Shown: positions 25,406 through 37,129 of the stretch, in pieces
How the letters are laid out: every line of letters starts with the position of its first letter
How positions within the stretch are numbered: position 1 is the first letter of the stretch
Assembly (NCBI RefSeq): GCF_006345805.1
Contig: NC_043013.1
Span: forward strand, 50,778,001 to 50,842,000
Source: Octopus sinensis
Taxonomy: Eukaryota
Reading direction: 5' to 3'
Length of the DNA: 64,000 nt
Translations under genes and position numbers: made by a program
The notes under the pieces: generated by a model
Databases searched by the model: none
What the model was told of the DNA's origin: nothing
The model's input: only the letters and a program-made list of their open reading frames with translations

Positions 25406-26005
25406 AAATAATTCCTTTGTGGGGAATTTTAATCATTTTATAGAGTTTCGTAGTGGTGGGGAGGAACAAGACAGCACAAGAGGGTGAAGTGGATGAGGAG
25501 GAAGTGAGAGAGAGAACATGTGTGTATGTGTATGTGTGTGTGTGTGTGTGTGTGTGCGTGCGTTTGTATCTGAGGCTAAAGAGAAAGAGGGTAATATATA
25601 TGTATGTAATAACTGTATATAATATATATCATAATGATAGTTATTCTCCGATTTTAAAGCGACAATTTTTAACTATGAAAAAATGACCCAAAAATGATGA
25701 GCTAGTCTCAGGCTGAATCGAACTCACAAATCGATGCTTCCATGGATACTTGCGAATCTGATTGGCTGAATGCTTACCCATCAATTTAAGTCAAATTTAG
25801 TTAATACATACTTGTTATTATACTATGAGCCTTCCATAGTAGCTTTCTCTCCGTAAATCACAAACCCTTTCGGGTTTGTTATAAAAGTATTATTTATATA
25901 GTATATATATATATATATTATATATATATATATATATATACATATATATGCCATAGTTTTGTTTGTTGTCTTCTTTTTATTTAATCCTGAAAATGTATAC
26001 ATGTA

Positions 26006-26222
26006 CAGAGTGGCCCGAAAGTAGGTTTACAGTTATCATGTAGGCACTTTAAATTTCTTTTAAAGCATTTTATTACATTTAAATTTCTATCTTAGAATTA
26101 ATTAATTAATTAGCATAGAATAATGGTTTCATATATTTTTATGATTAAGATATAAACTGTTGATATATGAATGCAAAAGAGATATTTGAAAAACTGCAAA
26201 CCTGCATTTGGGCCAACCTCTG
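26006..26222. mobile_element. Tc1/mariner-type MITE (217 bp) with TA target duplication
   Basis: TA|CAGAGTGGCCCGAAAGTAGGTTTACAG ... CTGCAAACCTGCATTTGGGCCAACCTCTG|TA: imperfect TIRs of about 28 bp. Confidence 0.75.
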
Positions 26223-26270
<48 letters not shown>

Positions 26271-26851
26271 TGTTTGTGTGTGTATGATGGGCTTCTTTCA
26301 GTTTCCATCAGCCAAATCTACTCAGAAAGATTTGGTCTGCCCAAGGCTATATTAGAAAATACTTGCTTAAAGTGTCACAGAGTAGGACTGAACCCAGAAC
26401 CATGTTATTGGGGAGCAAGCTTTTTACCACACAGCCATGCCTGCACCTATTTGAATATCAACAGAAATTTGATATTTTCATAAATACAGAAATTGTGAGA
26501 TCGGTTTGAAGGGAAAAGTCATTAGTTTGTTACAGGATATTAGTTAACTGTATTAAATTTGGTAGTTTTCAGCTTGGATCTTGTTGCAAGAGGGTCGACT
26601 TGACTTTGTACAGCATCAAAAGTCGATAGACCGACTAAATATTCCTACCAAAAAGCAAAACTCCCCATCATCATCATTTAATGTCTGTTTTCTGTGCTGG
26701 CATGGGTTTATTGTTTGACAGGAGCTGGCAATCCAGGGAGCTGTCCAGGTCCCAATTGTCTGCTTTGGTGTGGTTTCTATGGCTGAACACCCAACCACTT
26801 TACAGAGTGTGCTTGGTGCCTTTTTTGTGCTACCAGCATATCAGATGTGAG

Positions 26852-26911
26852 ATGCTTACAACATCTAGGTTTCCCAAGTGGTCACCCTTCTAAGTACTAA
26901 CTAGGCTAGAC
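26852..26911 (-). pseudogene. 3' half of a 5S rRNA-derived sequence
   Basis: Minus strand GCCTAGTTAGTACTTAGAAGGGTGACCACTTGGGAAACCTAGATGTTGTAAGCAT matches the 5S 3' half. Confidence 0.8.
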
Positions 26912-27430
26912 CAAGGTAGCATTCTTGTTCATAGCACCTCCTCCTTCTGGATCGAAGGCTTGTACCACCAAACAGCTGGTTGGCTCTGGCTGCTGGAACT
27001 GAAACTAACACGACACTGTTTGAAGGCAGGTTTAGAGAGGGCGCGGGCTAAGATTACACACCCTTCCCCTCCATTGGTCAGTTAAAGTTTAGACACTGTC
27101 ATGTGACAACTAGCTGGTGCTGGCTGCTGGAGCCTACCAGTGAGTATTTAAAGGGAAATTTGGCAAGATGGTCAGTCACCTGCTGACATTCATTGATGCT
27201 GCATCAAAGAAACCAAAAAACAAAAGAAAAAAAGGAAAAGAAGAAATGCACTCAACACCAGAGTTGAAGTGTCCTCCGAAAGTGGGGCCCTGTCATGTTG
27301 AAAACAGTGGAGGAGTAGGGGCTGAAACTGGACGTGGTCCCTCCTGATGATGTATTTAACCACTGGATTCTATAAAGGAGCTGTTGAGGTAGTGAACCAC
27401 GAAACCTGGTTGGAATTCCTCAGATGTGAG

Positions 27431-27549
27431 ATGCTTACAACACCTAGGTTTCCCAAGTGGCCACCCATCTAAGTACTAACTAGGCTTGACGTTACTTAAC
27501 TCTGGTAACTGGATGAGAACCAGGGCATTCAACATGATATGGCTGTGAC
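27431..27549 (-). pseudogene. Full-length (119 bp) diverged 5S rRNA copy (pseudogene or SINE3 head)
   Basis: Minus strand GTCACAGCCATATCATGTTGAATGCCCTGGTTCTCATCCAGTTACCAGAGTTAAGTAACGTCAAGCCTAGTTAGTACTTAGATGGGTGGCCACTTGGGAAACCTAGGTGTTGTAAGCAT is colinear with metazoan 5S; box A and box C recognisable; no oligo-T terminator. Confidence 0.88.
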
Positions 27550-27843
27550 ACAAAACAGGAAATAAAGTTCATAAGGGAGAAATCATGGTCGGCCCCAAAA
27601 CAAACAAATTACAAAAGAGCGTACTTATGGATACTTCACATCTTCTACATAAATTCCTCTCATTTTGTGTTTTTCTTTTCTCCCACAGACATCAGCGTTT
27701 GCAAATGCATGGCATACCTCACTTGTTAGCATCTTCAAGTGCAAAACCTTGTTGTCCCTTGATATCTCTGGTTGACACTTAGGTGAAACTTGTATAAATT
27801 TAGGCAAAACCAAAGCATAATAATAATAATAATAATAATAATA

Positions 27844-27882
<39 letters not shown>

Positions 27883-28163
27883 AAAGGGGCTGGTTGCTAC
27901 TTACCAGGAAACCTCAAAATGGCAGAAATTCAAAAGTACTGCCCATATCCTACATAAAATACTGTCTATGTAGTCTCAAATTCTAAAACAAATTTATAAT
28001 TTTCTTATGGTTTCTTAAACATTCTCTAGAACAATACTTTGTGTGAAACCAAATATATGACATCCTAGGCATAACAGCAACATGGACTTCTAACATGTTG
28101 TCTCTTGAGATCTCTGAGTGAAGCTTGGAGCCAACTTGTACAAATACAAAGCAAAAATCAAAC

Positions 28164-28194
<31 letters not shown>

Positions 28195-28632
28195 TAATAA
28201 TAATCTTTTCTACTATAGGCACAAGGCTTGAAATTTTGGGAAGGGATTAAGTCAATTACACTGACCCCAGTACTCAACTGGTATTTATTTTATAATGATA
28301 ATAATAATAATAATAATCTTTTCTACTATAGGCACAAGGCCTGTAATTCTGGAGTGGGGTGTAATTGATAACATCAACCCCAGTGCTCAACTGGTATTTA
28401 GTTTATTAGCTGTGAATGGATGAAAGGCAAAGTCCGTCTCTGCGAAATTTCAGTGCAGAGTATAAAGATGGACAAAATGTTACTAAGCATCTTGTCTGGT
28501 CTGCTAACAAGTCTGTGAGTGCCAACTTAATAATAATAATAACAATACTGAGATCACCAAAATTTTGTCACTGGAAAAAGCATATAGTATTTTGTGTTTG
28601 GAATGAGTTCTAATTACTAGCTGGTGAATGTC

Positions 28633-28683
28633 ACACACTGATGATGGGTTACTACCCAGAAACCCCACCCACCGGGTCTGTAT
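28633..28683 (+). ncRNA. Type I hammerhead ribozyme with canonical core (family A)
   Basis: ACA CUGAUGA UGGG-UUACUA-CCCA GAAA CCC-CACCCACC-GGG UC^UGU: all core nucleotides present, stems I/II/III pair, predicted cleavage after 28678. Confidence 0.8.
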
Positions 28684-29022
28684 TTATCATGTAAGGCTAG
28701 AGATGGGAGCAACAATTTCCCTTCGCAAATACTAATCATACATGATATGTCATTAGCCAGTTGGAGATGTCTTCCTGGGGCTATAGACAACAGAAGCATC
28801 GTCCCTTATGAGACCACCACATTTTGGTGGCAAATTTCCTTCATCGAATAATAATGTTTTCTTTATTAACCCCTAAGGGTTCACAAAAAATAAAAAAAAA
28901 CCTTGGGGATGTTACAGCACAATACAATGTGGAGTTATATAAAAGGCATGTAAAAAAGTGTAAAAGATTAGAAAAATATATATTTTCACAAAGACTAACT
29001 CCCCTAAAAGAGAGAGACTACC

Positions 29023-29266
29023 TAGGGATCCTTGTATAAACCCCACAAAACCATGGAGGCCCTGACCACTAGAGCAAGTGCCCTCTCCACATCGGCTACA
29101 GGAACATGTTCAAAGCAGGTCTGTTCACTTGGAATATTCTTATCTCATTTACCCACCATTCAACGAAATAGCTGGTGAGCAACTTTTCTCTCTCTACCCT
29201 CACTTTTCTTTTCAAGTGAAACTTGAAAAAGCTGATGAGGGCTTGACCAAAGAGAAAAGTATCTGT
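29023..29266 (-). mobile_element. 3' tip of the Tx1/L1-like fragment, truncated by the duplication junction
   Basis: Matches about 32005-32232. Confidence 0.7.
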
Positions 29267-29858
29267 GTGTGTGTGTCTGTATATGTGTGTATGATGGGGC
29301 TTCTTTCATTTTCCATCAGCCAAATCTACTCAGAAAGATTTGGTCTGCCCAAGGCTATATTAGAAAATACTTGCTTAAGGTGTCACAGAGTAGGACTGAA
29401 CCCAGAACCATGTTATTGGGGAGCAAGCTTTTTACCACACAGCCATGCCTGCACCTATTTGAATATCAACAGAAATTTGATATTTTCATAAATACAGAAA
29501 TTATGAGATCGGTTTGAAGGGAAAAGTCATTAGTTTGTTACAGGATATTAGTTAACTGTATTAAATTTGGTAGTTTTCAGCTTGGATCTTGTTGCAAGAG
29601 GGTCGACTTGACTTTGTACAGCATCAAAAGTCGATAGACCGACTAAATATTCCTACCAAAAAGCAAACTCCCCATCATCATCATTTAATGTCTGTTTTCT
29701 GTGCTGGCATGGGTTTATTGTTTGACAGGAGCTGGCAATCCAGGGAGCTGTCCAGGTCCCAATTGTCTGCTTTGGTGTGGTTTCTATGGCTGAACACCCA
29801 ACCACTTTACAGAGTGTGCTTGGTGCCTTTTTTGTGCTACCAGCATATCAGATGTGAG

Positions 29859-29918
29859 ATGCTTACAACATCTAGGTTTCCCAAGTGGTCACCCATCTAA
29901 GTACTAACTAGGCTAGAC
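29859..29918 (-). pseudogene. 3' half 5S-derived sequence (duplicate of 26852-26911)
   Basis: Same sequence within the second duplication unit. Confidence 0.8.
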
Positions 29919-30440
29919 CAAGGTAGCATTCTTGTTCATAGCACCTCCTCCTTCTGGATCGAAGGCTTGTACCACCAAACAGCTGGCTGGATCTGGCTGC
30001 TGGAACTGAAACTAACAGGACACTGTTTGAAGGCAGGTTTAGAGAGGGCACTGGCTAAGATTACACACCCTTCCCCTCCATTGCTCAGTTAAAGTTTAGA
30101 CAGTGTCATGTGACAACTAGCTGGTGCTGGCTGCTGGAGCCTACCAGTGAGTATTTAAAGGGAAATTTGGCAAGATGGTCAGTCACCTGCTGACATTCAT
30201 TGATGCTGCATCAAAGAAACCAAAAAACAAAAGAAAAAAATGGAAAAAGAAGAAATGCACTCAACACCAGAGCTGAAATCACCTCCGAAAGGTGGGGCCC
30301 TGTCACATCGAAAACAGTGGAGGAGAAGGGGCTGAAACTGGACGTGGTCCCTCCTGGTGATGTGTTTAGCCACTGGATTCTATAAAGGAGCTGTTGAGGT
30401 AGTGAACCACGAAACCTGGTTGGAATTCCTCAGATGTGAG

Positions 30441-30559
30441 ATGCTTACAACACCTAGGTTTCCCAAGTGGCCACCCATCTAAGTACTAACTAGGCTTGAC
30501 GTTACTTAACTCTGGTAACTGGACAAGAACCAGGGCATTCAACATGATATGGCTGTGAC
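30441..30559 (-). pseudogene. Full-length diverged 5S rRNA copy (duplicate of 27431-27549)
   Basis: Near-identical to 27431-27549. Confidence 0.88.
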
Positions 30560-31155
30560 ACAAAACAGGAAATAAAGTTCATAAGGGAGAAATCATGGTC
30601 GGCCCCAAAACAAACAAATTACAAAAGAGCGTACTTATGGATACTTCACATCTTCTACATAAATTCCTCTCATTTTGTGTTTTTCTTTTCTCCCACAGAC
30701 ATCAGCGTTTGCAAATGCATGGCATACCTCACTTGTTAGCATCTTCAAGTGCAAAACCTTGTTGTCCCTTGATATCTCTGGTTGACACTTAGGTGAAACT
30801 TGTATAAATTTAGGCAAAATCAAAGCATAATAATAATAATAATAATAATATAATAATAATAATAATAATAATGAAAAGGGGCTGATTGCTACTTACCAGG
30901 AAACCTCAAAATGGCAGAAATTCAAAAGTACTGCCCATATCCTACATAAAATACTGTCTATGTAGTCTCAAATTCTAAAACAAATTTATAATTTTCTTAT
31001 GGTTTCTTAAACATTCTCTAGAACAATACTTTGTGTGAAACCAAATATATGACATCCTAGGCATAACAGCAACATGGACTTCTAACATGTTGTCTCTTGA
31101 GGTCTCTGAGTGAGACTTGGAGCCAACTTGTACAAATACAAAGCAAAAATCAAAC

Positions 31156-31190
<35 letters not shown>

Positions 31191-31618
31191 AATAATCTTT
31201 TCTACTATAGGCACAAGGCTTGAAATTTTGGGAAGGGATTAAGTCGATTACACTGACCCCAGTACTCAACTGGTATTTATTTTATAATGATAATAATGAT
31301 AATCTTTTCTACTATAGGCACAAGGCCTGTAATTCTGGAGTGGGGTGTAATTGATAACATCAACCCCAGTGCTCAACTGGTATTTAGTTTATTAGCTGTG
31401 AATGGATGAAAGGCAAAGTCCGTCTCTGCGAAATTTCAGTGCAGAATATAAAAATGGACAAAATGTTACTAAGCATCTTGTCTGGTCTGCTAACAAGTCT
31501 GTGAGTGCCATCTTAATAATAATAATAACAATACTGAGATCACCGAAAGTTTGTCACTGGAAAAAGCATATAGTATTTTGTGTTTGGAATGAGTTCTAAT
31601 TACTAGCTGGTGAATGTC

Positions 31619-31669
31619 ACACACTGATGACGGGTTACTACCCAGAACCCCCACCCACCAGGTCTGTAT
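31619..31669 (+). ncRNA. Damaged duplicate of hammerhead family A
   Basis: CUGAUGA CGGG-UUACUA-CCCA GAAC CCCC...AGG UC: GAAA changed to GAAC, C:A mismatch at stem II base, G>A in stem III. Confidence 0.7.
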
Positions 31670-32004
31670 TTATCATGTAAGGCTAGAGATGGGAACAACG
31701 ATTTCCCTTCGCTAATACTAATCATACACAGTATGCCATTAGCCAGCTGGAGATGTCTTCCTGGGGCTATAGACAACAGAAGCATCGTCCCTTATGAGAA
31801 CACCACATTTAGGTGGCAAATTTCCTTCATCGAATAATAATGTTTTCTTTATTAACCCCTAAGGTTTCACAAAAAATAAAAAACGTTGGGGATGGTACAA
31901 CACAATACAATGTGGAGTTATATAAAAGGCATGTAAAAAAGTGTAAAAGATTAGAAAAATATATATTTTCACAAAGACTAACTCCCCTAAAAGAGAGAGA
32001 GAAT

Positions 32005-32640
32005 ACCTAGGGATCCTTGTAGAAACCCCACAAAACCATGGAGGCCCTGACCACTAGAGCAAGTGCCCTCTCCACATCGTCTACAGGAACATGTTCAAAG
32101 CAGGTCTGTTTGCTTGGACCATTCTTATCTCATCCACCCACCTTTCAACCAAATAGCTGGTGAGCAACTTTTCTCTCTCTACCCTCACTTTCCTTTTCTG
32201 ATGAGGGCTTGACCAAAGAGAAAAGTATCTGTCTTTAGCCCTTTCAATCTGGTCCACCACACACCTCTTTCGCTAAGACCACCTGGCAAAGGAACACTAC
32301 CTGCTCTTCTTGTCCAAAGGAAAGTGGCAGGATGATCTTCAAATGAACTCAGCTGACAGGTGGATCCATCCTGCAAGTGTCAGCTGGTGTTTGACATAAA
32401 CCCACAAGTCAGTAATGCTTGGACATAGGATGGGGACATGCAGAACGGATTCATCTCTCTGCATGCATCTTGGGCAAGTCCAGCTGACAGCATTTCCATG
32501 CCTGTAGAGTTTATATCAAACTGGCAATGCCCTCTGGTAGGACTGGTGGGATTTCTGGAAATTAGCCATAGGCACTGGCCTGAAAGTTCTCTAGAACAGA
32601 CCAACCAGTTGGTTCTCGTCTACACCTAGGGTGTCCCCAA
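32005..32640 (-). mobile_element. Degenerate 3' end of a Tx1/L1-like LINE ORF2 (C-terminal zinc-knuckle region)
   Basis: Minus translation with stops: NFQKS...RALPV*YKLYRHGNAVSWTCPRCMQRDESVLHVPILCPSITDLWVYV... and, in another frame, VWWTRLKGLKTDTF. The C-x2-C...H...C pattern is typical of L1/Tx1 ORF2 ends. Confidence 0.7.
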
Positions 32641-32694
32641 AAACATTATTGCACTAATCACTAACCTTCTATAGAACACCAGAATGGAATTTCT

Positions 32695-33185
32695 TATTTC
32701 TTTACTGCCCACAGGGGTCTAAACACAGAGGGGACAAACAAGGACAGACACATGGATGAAGTCAATTATATCGACCCCAGTGTGTAATTGGTACTTATTT
32801 AATCGACCCCGAAAGGATGAAAGGCTTAGTTGACCTCAGTGGAATTTGAACTCAGAATGTAGCGGCAGACGAAATATCTCTCAGCATTTCGCCCAGCGTG
32901 CTAACGTTTCTGCCAGCTTGCAGAGTGGAATTTCTATCAGGCGGCATCTCCCAACTGACAGAGGACTGAGCACATGGTAATAATAATGGTTTCCAATTTT
33001 GGCACAGGGCCGGCAATTTAAATTAATTACTTCAACCCCCAACGGTCAACTGTTCCTATTTTGTTAACCCTGGAAGGATGAAAAAGCAAAGCTGACTTAG
33101 GCAGAATTTGAACCAAGTATGTAAAGAGCTCAAAGAATTGCTGTTAAGCATTTTATCTGATGTGCTAATGACACTTCCAGCTCAC
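32695..33185 (-). mobile_element. Two family B SINEs
   Basis: Family B diagnostic blocks GAAAGGATGAAAGG and GGAATTTGAACTCAGAA. Confidence 0.75.
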
Positions 33186-33759
33186 TTCTTAGATAACAAC
33201 AATAATAGTAATAACAATATTGTTTATGTTTATAATGACGATGATGATGACAATGATGCTGATGGTGATGATTTCAACAAAAGCGAAAGTGTCAACAGAA
33301 TGTCATACATAAATGCATTTCATTCCGCTGCTACTTGAACCATTTATTTTCATATTAGCGGTTTAAACTAACATTTAATTAAAACGATAACAATCTAAAG
33401 ACTTGTAGCAAATTCAATCCAAGAATCTTGATAGTTGGCACATGATTTAGTTAACCGATATTATCACGAAAGCAAAACTGGCTGATTATCATCATCATCA
33501 TCACCACCACCACTATTATTATTACTATTTTTGTGTTGTTGTTGTTGTTGTTGGTGGTGGTGGTTTTCTGTGTTGAAATTTTTAAAATTAAATTTTCAAA
33601 TAATGGTGATGAATATTTTTCTAACATTTGGTTAGAATTAACAGTGTTTACTTATTTTTTCAAACTCTGCCAATTTATTCCAAAGATTGCACATACATGC
33701 ATATATACACTCACTTAAACAGATACATGCATATACAGAAGCACATGTGCTTATATTTA

Positions 33760-33795
33760 TGTATGTTTATATAGATGTGTATGTGTGCATATATC

Positions 33796-33830
<35 letters not shown>

Positions 33831-33889
33831 TATATATTTATGTATATGTATGTATATATATATATATATATAATACACACATATATACA

Positions 33890-33965
<76 letters not shown>

Positions 33966-34275
33966 CACACATATATATATGTATATATATGTATGTATAT
34001 ATATATATATGTTTATATGCTTGTGTATACTTATATTTATAAATATATGCTTATATTTGCTTATATATATATGAATGTTTATATATGTACACGTATATTT
34101 ATATATACACACATGTCTTATATGTCTATATATACATATATTATATATATATATATATATCTATAGATATATGTATGTTTATATATAAACATGTTTATAT
34201 ATATGTGTGTGTGTGTCTGTGTGCATGTATGTGTATATTTACACACACATACACTCGCACATATATACCTATGCC

Positions 34276-34309
<34 letters not shown>

Positions 34310-34357
34310 TACACACACACTCTCTCTCTTTCTCTCAGTTTTTATAATATGTGTATG

Positions 34358-34396
<39 letters not shown>

Positions 34397-34451
34397 TTAT
34401 ACATATATGTACCCACCTTACACATGTATAAATGTGTACATATATATGCAT

Positions 34452-34492
<41 letters not shown>

Positions 34493-34630
34493 TATATATA
34501 TATAATATATATATATATATGTGTGTTTGTGTGTGTATATTACATTGTATGTATAAATATGTGTGTGTGTGTACATACACACATGTATATATGCATCTGT
34601 TTGAATATATACATTTATATATATATCTAT
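33760..34630. repeat. Long (TA)n/(CA)n/(TG)n microsatellite complex
   Basis: Directly visible. Confidence 0.97.
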
Positions 34631-35551
34631 CTAGCATCTTCTATATAAATCTCCCGAAACAATTACTTTGTGACAAATGTATACCCAGGGTATCGTCCTT
34701 ACTTCTCAAACCAGATGTCTGCAGATTTCCTCCTCCTCCCCCTCCTCCTCATTTTGTTAGTGGAGATAAAATGGTAAAAATAACAACAACAACAACAAGT
34801 CGTAATAGTAGTAGCAATGATAAATATAATAATAATAATAATATAATAATAATAATAGTAATGCCAAAAGAGAAAGTTTCATTACAGAATGGTCGTGGTG
34901 GCGGTGGTGGTGGTTGTGGTGAGGCAAGGTGAGTAGGGTGTTGGTTGGGGGACCGGTGGGGATGTGGGGGAACCAGAAAGGTCTAGTAAGCGCTATTATA
35001 CATATTGTTTTAATTAACCACAGAGAAATGTTGTTGTTCATTTGGCGATTACAACTGCCTGTGTCCCTGGGGGAGATAAAACAGAATTGATAAATAAATA
35101 AAACGACAATTTGCATCACACCTCGTCCTTCTCTCTCTCTCTCTCGCTTTGTTCCTTTTTTTTTGTTTTGTTTTCGTTTGCTTTTTATTGTTTTTCTTTT
35201 TGTCTGAGGGTGTCAATGGTAGCACATTATCTCATTATTAAATTACCAATGTTGTCTTGCAATAAACATGCACACATGCATTCATGCATGTGTACATACA
35301 TACAGCCATACATGGGCTTACGTCTGCATTTGTACATCAGCAGACATGTACACTGAAAACTATCTACAGGCAGGTGGCTAAGTGCTTAGGCTGTTGGACT
35401 CATGGATGTACAATTGTGGTTTCAATTCCTGGATTGGGCGATGCATTGCGTTTTTTTTTTGTGCAAAATTCATCATTTCATTTTTGCTCCAGTCTAATCA
35501 GTTACCAAAAGTAAATAATTCTGCTACAGACCAGTATCCTATCCAGAGATG

Positions 35552-35587
<36 letters not shown>

Positions 35588-35936
35588 AGATAGGGGTTGA
35601 AAATTCAACCCACCATGGGATAATATATATCCAATATACTGCTAGATAGGTACCCAACAAGACTAATACATAGATGTTAAAAATTGCCAAACAATCAGTT
35701 CATCTATTGTATTATATGGGTAAAGGTAATAATATTACCGTAAATTAATACTACAAAATTAGAAAATGGAGAAACATACTTAAATCAATAAAACATCAAC
35801 TATCAGATGATACCCAATCAATACTTTGTTACACTATTACATATCAGTAAAGGCATTATACAAATATACAGTAAAAGTAAATAGACAAAGAGATATAAGT
35901 AATAAAATTTCAAATATAATATGTAATTAAATCAAA

Positions 35937-36046
35937 TCTGACAGCTGTTTCGGCAGTGAGGGCAGTCATACCTCATTTAACCTATAAGCCATAAAGGCAG
36001 GTATAAATGAGGCTTAACAAGGATGCCCCACAGGCCTCTTCAGAGA
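35937..36046 (-). ncRNA. Type I hammerhead ribozyme with long stem II (family B, left arm)
   Basis: Minus strand UCU CUGAAGA GGC...GCC GAAA CAGCU GUC^AGA; mirror of 36495-36603. Confidence 0.78.
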
Positions 36047-36494
36047 ATTAAATTTGTTATAATTGTGAAAAAGATTATTAACCATATACATATAAATATA
36101 AAAATATAATGTAAAATATAAAAACTTATACATAAACTAAATTCATATGCTACACTTATATAATATAATACTCATTGGTACAATAATGCAAGGTAAACAG
36201 AACAATAAAACAAAATATATATCAGTGTATATATTAATATTAATAAGCACCGTTATTATACATATTTGGCTAATAGTTTTTAAAAACGGTGCTTATTAAT
36301 ATTAATATATACACTGATATATATTTTGTTTTATTTTTTTCTGTTTACCTTGCATTATTGTACCAATGAGTATTATATTATATAAGTGTAGCATTATGAA
36401 GTTTATTATAAGTTTTTATATTTTACATTTTTATATTTTTATATTTATATGTATATGGTTAAAAAATCTTTTTCACAATTATAACAAATTTAAT

Positions 36495-36603
36495 TCTCTG
36501 AAGAGGCTGTGGGGCATCCTTGTTAATGCCTCATTTATACCTGCCTTTATGGCTTATAGGTTAATGAGGTATGACTGCCCTCACTGCCGAAACAGCTGTC
36601 AGA
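36495..36603 (+). ncRNA. Type I hammerhead ribozyme with 84-nt stem II (family B, right arm)
   Basis: UCU CUGAAGA GGCUGUGGGGCA...UGCCCUCACUGCC GAAA CAGCU GUC^AGA. Inner helices UGCCUCAUU/AAUGAGGUA, ACCU/AGGU and GCC-UUUAU-GGC. Palindromic stem III ACAGCUGU. Predicted cleavage after 36600. Confidence 0.8.
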
Positions 36604-36785
36604 TTTGATTAATTACATATTATATTTGAAATTTATACTTATATCTCTTTGTCTATTTACTTTTACTGTATATTTTGTATAATGCCTTTACTGATATGTA
36701 ATGGTGTAACAAAGTATTGATTGGGTATCATCTGATAGTTGATGTTTTATTGATTTAAGTATGTTTCTCCATTTTCTAATTTTGT

Positions 36786-36844
<59 letters not shown>

Positions 36845-36848
<4 letters not shown>

Positions 36849-37030
36849 TTTACAAAAAAAACAAAAAAATGAAGACAGGTGGTGTACAAAACAAACAGAT
36901 GTATTAGTATAACACTCAGGAATAGAAAAAGTCTTTTATGTTTTGAGCCTACGCTCTTCTACAGAAAGGGACACAGAAAAAACAAGGAGAGAAACAAGAA
37001 AAGAAAAAAATGTGTTTAGTGGCTAATGAT
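36845..37030 (-). mobile_element. Family E Penelope-like terminal fragment (decayed hammerhead at 36933-36968)
   Basis: Homologous to 5541-5725; minus strand CUUU CUGUAGA A GAGC GUAG GCUC AAAA CAUA AAAG. Confidence 0.55.
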
Positions 37031-37129
37031 ACCATTGAAAAAGGAAAACCAGCCTTATGAGGTGAGCTTCTGGCTTTGGAAGGACATTTGATCCTTTGTA
37101 CTTTCTTTCTGATCAAGTAAGGTAGAGAC

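Larger units (their letters stand above)
26262..32232. repeat. Tandem segmental duplication of about 3.0 kb (26262-29266 and 29267-32232)
   Basis: Colinear near-identity throughout (e.g. 26841 vs 29848, 27431 vs 30441, 28638 vs 31624). Junction joins Tx1-like GTATCTGT to a (GT)n tract. Confidence 0.95.
35748..36790. repeat. 1043-bp foldback: arms 35748-36254 and 36285-36790, 30-bp spacer; Penelope-like inverted pseudo-LTR (family B)
   Basis: Arms are reverse complements along their length with scattered, mostly 1-bp differences; each arm carries a hammerhead. Confidence 0.95.

Noticed and set aside
27343-27412. CTGATGA...GAAACCTGGTT in the 5S cassette body
   Set aside because: No stem II pairing, and the paralogue reads CTGGTGA.
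27689-27782. Strong acceptor TTTTCTCCCACAG with a short ORF, duplicated at about 30.7 kb
   Set aside because: All frames stop quickly, and the downstream part is a repeat that recurs at about 28095-28170 next to (AAT)n.
29232-29260. CTGATGAG...GAAA at 29232 and 32198
   Set aside because: No stem II or III; it is antisense of the Tx1-like coding sequence.
27431-30559. Calling the 5S copies functional rRNA genes
   Set aside because: Many substitutions relative to conserved metazoan 5S, no oligo-T terminator, and no homogeneous tandem array.
34760-34935. ATG...AAG|GTGAGT exon-like segment
   Set aside because: Content is simple triplet repeats, and a lone donor match is weak evidence.
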